DNA of 64,000 bases from the human T2T-CHM13v2.0 reference genome, Homo sapiens. The DNA lies in assembly GCF_009914755.1 (NCBI RefSeq), contig NC_060927.1, one strand, 5' to 3'. This document shows positions 52,275-64,000 of this stretch, piece after piece. The notes under the pieces are model-generated. The model searched no databases, was not told the DNA's origin, and saw only the letters and a list, made by a program, of their open reading frames with translations. The position numbers and the translations under genes were made by a program. Position 1 is the stretch's first letter. Each line of letters opens with the position of its first letter.

Positions 52275-52784
52275 CTAAGGGCATGAGGAGAGGGGACACG
52301 ACCATGACATGTGCTCTTCATGTGCTCCCAGCCTGTCTTTTGTGCCACTGGCCTCAGCTAAACTTCTCAGAGCATTGAGGGCTTTTTTGGCCACACAGGA
52401 ACCAGGTGGGTTGGGCCGGGGGTATTTGGAAGAGGGGATGTGGGGTTAGAGATAATCCTGTATCTTCTGGGATGTCTACTCCCCTCAAATCTATGTCTCT
52501 GGAGCTGGGAGCCTGAAACTTAACTGGGCTTGGAGTTAGAGCTCAGGCTGGGCAAGGGAGAAGGAGGCAGGAAGGCTCCTGGTGTTGCAGACAGGCCCGG
52601 CCTGAGGAGGACCTGGGGCACTCGGAATGGACCCTCACTCTTATGGGCATGTCCTTGAACTCCTACCAACCCATACCATGGGGTCTCGTCCCCCAGCCCC
52701 GGCTCCAGTGCCGGGATACTGGCCTCAGGTTGGGGATATCACAACACCCAAAACTACCCTGTCCCTCTGCCCAGAGCTCCCCTA

Positions 52785-53177
<393 letters not shown>

Positions 53178-53629
53178 TCAGTGACTTGGTTTTCCCTATC
53201 AGTAAGTGGACTTGCACACCTACCCCAAAATGAGGACATCATGGAGATAAACTCAGACAGACCCAGAATGTTTTGGGAAAGATCAAGATCCAGGAAGGAA
53301 GATAGGAGTGGCTAAAGTGGGCAGCCTCGGAAGACTGGAGTGTGTGGAACAGGTGGGAGGTGGGTGTAGATGAGCAGAGAAGTGGCAGAACCAGAAGGCA
53401 GAGGCTCTTCTAGAAGGTTTAGCTGGCCAAAAGTGTACTGGAATATGTGGCATGGGGTAGTGAGAAGAACAAGTGGATGCTTCTAATAGCTCTGGCTTCT
53501 AATAGCTCACTCTATAGCCAGCCTCCAGGCTCCACCATGTGGGGGACTAGGGATGGCTAGGGCAGCATTGTCAGTGCTTATTTTCTGAGACAGCTCTGTT
53601 CTCTGACATTGGACCTTCTTCACTACCCC

Positions 53630-54408
<779 letters not shown>

Positions 54409-54859
54409 CTAGTCTAGTTGTGCCAGGGGTTCAAATAGCCATAGCCTAGGGAGGAGGGTAGAGATGTCCCACCTATAGAGAGGGACATGTACTGACCTGC
54501 AGAGGAGAATGACCTGCACACAGCGGGACTGTGTCCCACCTGAGGAGGGAGGCAGAATGTTCCACCCAACTCAGGGCATGCTGTGCCCACAGAGGGAGAA
54601 TATTCCATCCTACAGGGAGAAAGAGTGTCCCACTCACAGAGCAGAGAGCATCCTATACAAAGGGACTGGTACTTCATCACCAGCAAAAAGAAAGTTTCTT
54701 TGCTGCTGATCCCTTCTCCCTCAGAAGCAAGGGTCCTTGTCCCCTGTCCCCTCCAAAGCTCCCACCAGTGGGGAGGCTGCTGGGGCCACTTCTGGCTAGT
54801 CACTTGTGTAGCCTGGACCCTGAGCCCACACTTGCTGTCCCTTGTGGGCACACACACAC

Positions 54860-55001
54860 CTGCTGATAGAGGCGCTCCCAGCAGTCCTGCGTCATCAGGC
54901 GGAAGAGTGCAAGAAAGGCCCAGGCAAAGGAATCGAAGCTGGTGTAGCCGTGGTCGGGGTTCTCGCCTGCCTTTAGGCACCGGTAGCCCTCCGGACATGT
55001 C
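54860..55001 (-). CDS. SCN5A: SCN5A exon 9 (DI pore loop, selectivity-filter D372 and C373)
   Basis: 142 nt; [47 protein letters not shown]; QDC with Cys marks the TTX-resistant cardiac isoform. Confidence 0.97.
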
Positions 55002-55651
55002 CTGCAGCCACACACAGAGACTTTGTTCCATGCCGTCAGGGGTCTGCTGCCCTTGAGACCCTTGCTGGGCTGGACTTGTCTCCCTGGGCAACCCAGTTTA
55101 TGCCCCACAGCTCAGTGAAGCTGAGCTTCACAAACCTAGTGCCACGCTGCTGGATCCTGCCTCCGTGACTTTGTTCGTGCTGTGCCTCCCACTGGGACAC
55201 TATCTTCCTCTTTACTCTTCTTATATGTACTCTGCTAGGCCTAAATCAAGCTCCCTTCTGCCCATACGTCACACCATCCCCAGCTACTATCAAGTTGCCT
55301 CTCCTCACAGAGAGGAAGCACACAAGCCTGGCTCATGTCTCTTCCTCTGCCCATCTACCCCATGAGGAGTTGAGTACAGCATGGGCATGGGGGAGAGCAG
55401 GGTTGGGGAGAGCAGTGAGCCTCGGCTGAGCTGAACAGGATGAGCCCAGGGCAAAGGCAGGGCCATGGGGTTGAGAAATGATTCTGGAGGGGATGGGCTG
55501 GGGCTTGGCCATGTCAGGAGCTCATTTGCACAACTGTGCACACAGCCACTGGTTCACTGAGGCAGATTCACAGTTCACAGAGCTGGAGGTGGTAGCCTCT
55601 CTCCAAAGAGGAAATGCTGGTCTGGAGTCATGTGTGCATGTATGTGTGTAT

Positions 55652-55652
<1 letters not shown>

Positions 55653-55682
<30 letters not shown>
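55653..55682. repeat. (AC)15 microsatellite
   Basis: Directly visible. Confidence 0.9.
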
Positions 55683-55687
<5 letters not shown>

Positions 55688-56335
55688 ACTTAGCAAGTGG
55701 ATGGATGCATCCAAGGGACCTCTGTGTCTTGCTAATGCCCCAAGACCCTCCAGACAATCTCTTTGGTGACAGGAAGGAGGCAACAAACTTGGTACTTCTC
55801 CTTTGAGGTGGCCCTCTGTGACCCCCTTCTCCAACACTCCATGGCACTGTCACAGTGATCCAGGCCCTGGTGTGCACAGGGCCCTGGAAGCTGCACATGG
55901 CTACTGGGCATCTCAAGGAAAGTCCAGGCTGCTGGAGAAACCACATTTGCTCCAAGGGACAGATCAGCAGCAACGGAGGGAAGACTGGAGCTGGAGGGAG
56001 CAGTTCTGGGGAGCTTCTGGAAGGGAATGGAGCTGGGGGTGGGCTGGTTGGGGGGCTGTAGAAGGCATCCCAGGCTATCCCTCAGTCCCAGCCCACCTTC
56101 AGGGCTCCGTTAGCTCTCCCTGCAGCTCTGTCCCTGACCTTTCTCCAGAAGCTGTCTCCTCTGTGCTGGGGGCAAGGTGGGGAAGCTGGGGAAGGGTCCT
56201 GGCAGGTAAGGGAGACAAAAGAAGGCCTCGCTGTCCCTGGGGTCAGGGCATAAATAGAAAATACAGTCAGTTGAGAAAACACCAGGAGACTCCCCTGGCA
56301 GGACAAGGAGACCCGGGGTGGTAGGTGCCACATAC

Positions 56336-56399
56336 CCAGCGTCAGAGCTGTTCCCACACAGTAACACATCAGAGGTGCCGTTCTTGAGCAGGTAATTTT
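56336..56399 (-). CDS. SCN5A: SCN5A exon 8
   Basis: 64 nt, AG/GT; [22 protein letters not shown]. Confidence 0.96.
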
Positions 56400-56964
56400 C
56401 TGTAAGAGAAACATCATGCTGGTGAGGGGCACTCTGGCCCAAAAGTTTCCGCCTTGCATCCAGGGCTCTGGGGAGGTGGAGACCTCACTAGCGGTCTTCC
56501 TTCTTCTCTGCCCCTTCCCTGCCCCTGCCCCTGCCCTCTGCCTGGCCAGGCTTCAGGCAACTCTGGCTGTGCCTCTGGCCTTCCTTCTGTTCCTCTGAAG
56601 ACATCCTGCTGCCAGTGCCCCCATGCTCTCAGAAGACACGGGAAGCCCTGGGCAGGGCCTCAGCTCTCCCCACAGGAAGCTTCTGCACCCTACCCGAAAC
56701 CACTCAGGGGGCCCACCAAGGCCAGGAGGCAAGGGTCTGGGCAGTTACGGCTTGGCTGCCGAGTCACTGTGGGGCCTTGGCCGGCTACTGCCCAGCTCTG
56801 TACTCACTTCCATCACATAAAATGCTGGAAGTGATGCCTGCAATAGTCACCATGCTAACGCTGTGGTCTGTCCGGATGGGGCTACACCAGACAGGACTGC
56901 CCGTCTTGTCCTCTCCTTTCTGTGGCAAGTCATCAGTCCCCAACACTCACCATTACCTGGCTTT

Positions 56965-57158
56965 GTCTTAGGCGACAGTTGTCAAAGCATGGTCCTCGAA
57001 CCAGCATCATCAGCATCAAGTGGAAACTGCTTAGAAATGCAACTTCCTGACTGCCACCCAGACCTACTGACTCGGAAACTCTAGGGGTGGGGCCCAGAAG
57101 TCTGTTTTCCAGAGCCTTCTAGGTGACTTGGGTGTACATGGAAGTTTTAGAACCGCTG
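56965..57158. mobile_element. MER5A-like hAT fossil
   Basis: CAGCATCA...TTAGAAATGCAA...CCCAGACCTACTGACTCGGAAACTCTAGGGGTGGGGCCCAG...AGAACCGCTG. Confidence 0.75.
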
Positions 57159-57772
57159 TTATGAGGCCACTGCTGAACTACTCATTGAGTGTCTATGTTT
57201 TGTTTTCCAAAGTGGACTGCTGGTGTATGTAAGAGGCCCTAACTTCAGAATGGCCCTCAGGGTCATTCTGGCCCAGGGTCCTGTGGCCTGGAATCTGGCC
57301 TTGCAGCAGCATGTACCTCCGAAACAGACCAATGGCTCTAGTCAAGAGTGGTGCTGGCCATCAGCCTGGAGAATGGAAGTGTGAGCCACGGGGCAGTGAA
57401 ACAACAGAGGGGCTCACACAACTTGGCACAATCATTGGGCTTGTTCCAACCCTCTTGCAGGGTTCTGGGGTACACGTATATGGAACGAGCATCCTGGCAA
57501 GGAACACTGACGGCAACTGGGAAATCTCCATGCCAGCTAGGTGGGGCTTCACTCTGAAGCCTCATCAACTACGCTGGCTCCATGTCCACCCCTTTCCTAA
57601 GCTGACACTCTGTGGGCAGGCTGGTCACCTTGCCATTGCAACACTCTAGGGTCAGTCCCATCTCCAAATGCCGCAGCCAACTGGCCCTCTATCTAACTCC
57701 ATACTTTCCACTCCTCAAGCATTGCCTCTCCGTCTAGCCTGGGAAGTCACAAGGCAGGCCCTAAGTCTGCTA

Positions 57773-58360
<588 letters not shown>

Positions 58361-60504
58361 CTAGGCTGGCTTTGTAGTTTCAGAGGGAGCCTGCTCCTCT
58401 TTGCTCTCCACCAGCCAAATATATGGCATGGGTGTGGAAAGTGCTGCTTTCTTGAGACAACACATACTCAGAGCATGACCCCCTTTGGCTAGTCTGAAGG
58501 TGTGCTAGGCCTACCCCTTTTAATGTAGTCCATGGAAAAGGAGATGGAGGCAATTGAGGGGCCTCAGCCTTGATCTTGAGATGGGGAGAAATAGAGCCAT
58601 TCCTGCTGGAGGTCCTCCTGCCCCACTGCTGGGGCTGGCTCTATTTGATGTACAGGGAGTGTGGATTGTTTGGAGGAAACTAGGGGCCCAGGGTCTGGTC
58701 GGGTAGGGGCTGAGGGCTGTGGTCAGGTGTGTGCTGGGGGCTGTGGGTGACGGTCTGGCGGGGTCATGGCGGGTGATGTCTAAGGGGCCTGCGCTGGCTC
58801 AGGCCCACCTTTAGGGAAGGTTCAGGAACAGGACTGACCTGCATTGCATCTTCTCACTTGCCCTGTCCCTCTAGAACCTCCCCACACCCCCATCCATCCC
58901 ATTTCCCATAGCTGAGAGGCTGTGTTCTGTTAGTTGCACAGCCTAGCTCCCTGCAGAAGCCAGCACCACATAGCAGAATGACAGAAAAGCATGTGTAGAC
59001 ACCAGTCTGGCCCTTAGCGACTGTCCTAGGACAAGTGCAAGCAGAGCATGGGGAATGAGGAGGCTCCTCTGCCAGCGGCAGGGCCCTGCCCCTCATGTCC
59101 CTGTCCCAAGCGGCCAGATCTCAGATTAAGCTCCATCCATCCACTGTCCAGCCGGTTAATGTGTTAGGAGCGCCTGTGGCTTCTGTGCCTGCTGCTGCTG
59201 GGCCTGTGACCCACAGGCAGGGAGGCCATGATGAGCAAACACAAGATGGGGAGAGGATGACCTCCCCATGGTGCCACTGACATTGCTGCCCACCCAGGGC
59301 TCAGAGGCACTCAGCCTTCCTTGTGGAAATCGTTCCTGGCAGATGTTGGCAACTGCCTGGGCAGTGGGTGGACCTCACAGGTCTGGGTCCAGAGTAGTGG
59401 CGGTGGTGAGATTCACAAGCTCTTCATGGTCCAGAGCTCCTCATCTGTAACAGAGCTTCCTGTACCCTTTGGTGGGTTTACTGGGCTGGAGACCTGCATG
59501 TCTCGAAGGGAACAAAGTGAAGACTGATGGACAGCAGCTCCAATACCCAAACTGGTCTCTGCCTCAATTGTTAGGCTAAAGTCTCTTTGGCCTGAAGTAT
59601 CCCATTCAAGGCCAGCAAAGCACCCCCTGACCTGGTCTGTGGAGATAGTGGCCAAGGGTAACTCACCCCTTTGAACATTTCTCATACTGATGATAGATTT
59701 CACTTCTGGCAAGAATGGTTGCAACGAAACTGCAGGATTCTTTCTGAAAAGACCCAGGAAGGGATTGGCCCCAGGAGATCAACTGGGAAATCCTCCTGCC
59801 ACTGAATTAACAGGCTGGGTGGAAGAGCCCTTGGAAATCACCAATTCTGATTTCACTCTCATTTTATGGAAAAGCGACTGAGTCTAGAGAGGACTAGGGC
59901 TATTTCAGACTCAGCTCAGAGGACACCTCCTCCCGAGGGCCTTCCATAATGCCGACCATGGCATTTTTCTGTTGGCCGCTTTCAGAGCCTGCTGGCTCAC
60001 TAGGTTGCTGGCAGCTGCGAAGAGGTCCCATGGAGCTAGGCTGAGATTGGTGGGCTTCCTCCTTTTCCCCAGGACCGAGAAATATTTCCCTTTGTAAATC
60101 TTTCTTATAAAACACACCAGGAATATGCCTTAAGTCCTGTGGTTAGTGTGTTTGTCTACTTCGGTGGGGTGTGTGCCTGTGAGGCTCTCCCCAGGGCCCT
60201 AGAGGACAGACCATGTGGTTTCTGAGTCTATGTGTGCCAAGGCCCATGATGTCTGTCTCAATGCAGGTGGCTCCATGGGACTGAGCGGGAGCAGACTGCC
60301 TCCTTGCTACTGGCCCTTGGCAGGGGTCTGGGCCACTTGTGGGAGCTCTGGGGGAGATGCGGCCCTTATGAACATACTATAGTGGGTTTAGAGGCCAGAA
60401 AGCTCAATGTGAACATAGCATAACTGGGGGCTGCTCTGGCAAGATAACTAGCCCTACCAGGGGGAGTCCAGATTCCTTATTGGAGCTTAGAGCAGGGCTT
60501 CTGA

Positions 60505-60956
<452 letters not shown>

Positions 60957-61901
60957 TGGGCTGTCTTTTTAAAAGAGGTGCCTTACCCAGTTCTAAGTGT
61001 GGCTGCTTTCGGAAAAGACTTCTGGAAGGAACCTCTGGGCACTGCCCCTCCAGAGCAAGTTCCTCCAAACAGGAGGAGCTTTGAGTCTGGGGAGAGGGAA
61101 TACAAACTTAGGATAGGAATGTCTCCTGGGTGGAACTCAGCTTCAGCACCGGCCCATCGCACAACCAGGCTCAGAAATCACAAGTCTTTTCAGAGTTTTC
61201 CTGGATGGATGGATGGAATGGTTTCTAGAGATGTTATCTGGGCCTAGATTTCCCAGATGCAATTGCCAACATCTGTCAAGGAGAATTTCTTCCTGAGGCT
61301 ACCATGCATGGTTTGCTAAACCTCTACCGCACCATGCAGCGAGGGCTGTTAGACACCAAGGCCCGATGATGCCTGTCCACAGATTACGCTTTGTTTCACA
61401 AAATGGGGCTGGGGCTCTGGCCCTACTTCTATCACCAGATGGGGCACAAGGCGGGCCGAGGCACTCAGTCATGAAAGACCGTGCTGGAGTTTTCCTCTTT
61501 CATTCCGGGTGTGTGTGGGGGTTCCCACAAACACACTTCTTTTGGTTTCCTCATCAGAATCTGACATTTCAGGCTGAAGCAATTCATGTAAAACTTTTAG
61601 CTATTCAAATAGCTGAGTGTGGTTTGGAAAAGCAGTCCACTATCTTGGAAAAAATTTAGGTTCAATGTAGGCCCCACCGTGGGGTGCTCTGTGCCCCCTG
61701 GTGTCTATGAGAGTGGGCTTTGCTGGGGTGGGCAGCCTGAAGCCCATTCTGAGGCTCCAGGGGGACAAGCATGTCCACTGCCAATAGCCCCTGGCACCTG
61801 AGCCCTGGGAAAGGTATTCTGGTGACAGGCACATTCGAAGGGCCTTCTGGAGGGTTGCCTTGGCTCCCAGGTGGCTGGAAAGGCCCAGGCATATCCCTCT
61901 A

Positions 61902-62078
<177 letters not shown>

Positions 62079-62159
62079 TCAGAGGAGGAAAGGGGGTGGG
62101 GAAGACAGAGAGAGAGTCACTTGTAGCTGAGATCTGAGAGGCAAACCTGGGCATCTTAC

Positions 62160-62251
62160 CTGGGATAACTGAAATAGTTTTTAGAGCTCTCAGGACTCTG
62201 AAAGTTCGAAGAGCCGACAAATTGCCTAGTTTTATATTTTCTGATACATAC
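62160..62251 (-). CDS. SCN5A: SCN5A exon 6A (neonatal/fetal mutually exclusive exon, DI S3-S4)
   Basis: 92-nt exon, cag|...|gtaaga; encodes [30 protein letters not shown], with K at the position where 6B has D211. Confidence 0.96.
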
Positions 62252-64000
62252 CTGCAGAATCAAACCACAGTTATTGGGAATTACAAAGCAGAACCACCGC
62301 CTGCCCTCCCCGACCAGCCCTCTCCCTTGGCCCCCTTCCACGGGGGTGGGGGCAGTGCTGTGGATAGCCCAGGGCCTCCCTCAGGTTTTCTTCTGGATTT
62401 CAACCCTCCTAACATAGGACTTCGGCTTGAGTGCCGTAAGGATGTCCACACAGCAAGCTTCCCGGTGGCTCTCTTGGTGATGGTGCTAAGGATAACTGGT
62501 GCTAGAAGGCAACCACTCTGCCACTCTCGCCACACCACTGGGACCCATGACATGAAACCACATGTGGAGTCTGGGGCTGGGGACACATCAGAGTGAAGAG
62601 AGAAGCCTGTTTTCCAGGAGGCTCAGGTCAGGTGATACAGGAAGCAAGTGCATTTCTGGTCCTAGTTTTGGTTCACATCTTCTGTGATCTGTTGATCAGC
62701 TTGTGCCTGGCTCAGAAGTCCTTGAAGTCATGAGGTGGAGGTGGCCTGAATACTCATTGGAAAAAACAGAGTTCCCAAGACAGAGGCACTGGAAGATGGG
62801 AAGAGAGGTTGCCTGAATATCTGTTCTTCCAACTACTCACAGGCAAGGAACAACCCAAGAAGAGAAAAGGGCAGGATGAGGGGCTCCAAGGCAGTGGAGC
62901 GCCTTCCCAAGTCCACCGGTCCCACCCCCAGACCCTTGGTATCTTCCAGGGATGGCCCTGGGTCTCCACCGGAGGAGTGGCCTCCAGAAGCAAGATGCCC
63001 TTCCTGGGGTCTGTCCTGCTTGGGTCCGAGTGAGGATCAGCAGGGCAAGTGGCTGTGGGCCCCCTCCTGGAACTTGGGCAGTTGCCCATCTGTGGCCTCC
63101 ACAGGGACAGGAGTAAGAAGGTGGTCTCTGGGGGGCAGGGACCAAGCAGAGCATGAGGACATGCAGTATATGGGCCACATGACCACGAGGACCACAGACA
63201 GTGTGTGACCAAGGCCATCAGGACAGTGGCAAGTGACTTGTGACATTTAATCAAAGGCTTTGCATCCAGGGTGTGTGACATTTAACCGAAGGTGTCTGGT
63301 ATTTAACAAAGGACATTGGACTTGGGATGTCTGATGTTTAACCAAGTGGGTCTGACGTAGGTGTCTGAGTGATGTCAGACAGAGGACGTCAGCCCTGTGG
63401 CTCTGGGTGAGTGCAAGGGTGGGCTGGCACTGTTGCCAGACTCACTCTGCTGGGCGGTCTGGACCTCCAGGCCCTTCCAGTCTGCTCCCAGCTTCCCAAT
63501 TCCCCTTCAGGCTTTGAATATCTACAGGAAAGAACTTGACCAGCTGAGTCAAGGGGCTTAATGCCCTGGGGTCCACAGGTCTGGCTCTAATTGACACTGG
63601 GCTGACACCAGCTTTCTCTATGTCCACTGGAGGAGCCCCTCCATCTTCACATGGCCCTATGCACCATGCTGATCTCTCCTTACTCGCAGAGCCCTACACA
63701 GATGGGACGTCAGCAGACACACTGCCAGAGCTTGCTTTCCTCTGATGACACCAGACCCTTTCTGTGGTGTGGCTTCCATTTCGTCTCCTGTATTCACTTC
63801 AGCATGTACATCTTTCTCCAGCGTGGCAGTCAGATGCAGTCCCATCATCTGCTGGGGAGCAGAGGTCACTGTGCTTGTTCTGGCTCATATACACCTGTTA
63901 ATTTGATCCAAGTTCCCTCTCAACTTCTGAGAGCTATTCCATTCTCCACGACGGCTCAGACTCTCAGGGCTCTGTCCAACATTCTTCTCTCGGTCTCTCT

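Overview
Human genomic DNA covering most of SCN5A (cardiac sodium channel Nav1.5) on the minus strand: mutually exclusive exons 6A and 6B and exons 7-23, all with GT-AG boundaries and a continuous reading frame (about aa 204-1415). Intron 16 holds a full-length L1HS Ta-1d element (26648-32744) oriented opposite to the gene. It has intact ORF1 (338 aa), ORF2 (1275 aa) and ORF0, a 17-bp target-site duplication and a 44-nt 3' transduction tag. Its antisense poly(A) signal and antisense promoter both point in the SCN5A direction, so it could split the transcript into DI-DII and DIII-DIV halves ('gene breaking'); this is inference. Other points of interest: a dense NKX2-5/MEF2/GATA/T-box motif cluster next to a G4 motif in intron 17; a 13-bp hairpin with a 7-nt direct repeat exactly 120 nt apart in exon 17, matching my recollection of the Nav1.5d deletion; the Q1077 NAGNAG acceptor; a 63-bp tandem duplication; a minisatellite rich in decoy donor and RBFOX motifs after exon 10; and a 13:2 Alu orientation bias. 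Exon numbering, repeat subfamilies and literature links come from memory, not from database searches.
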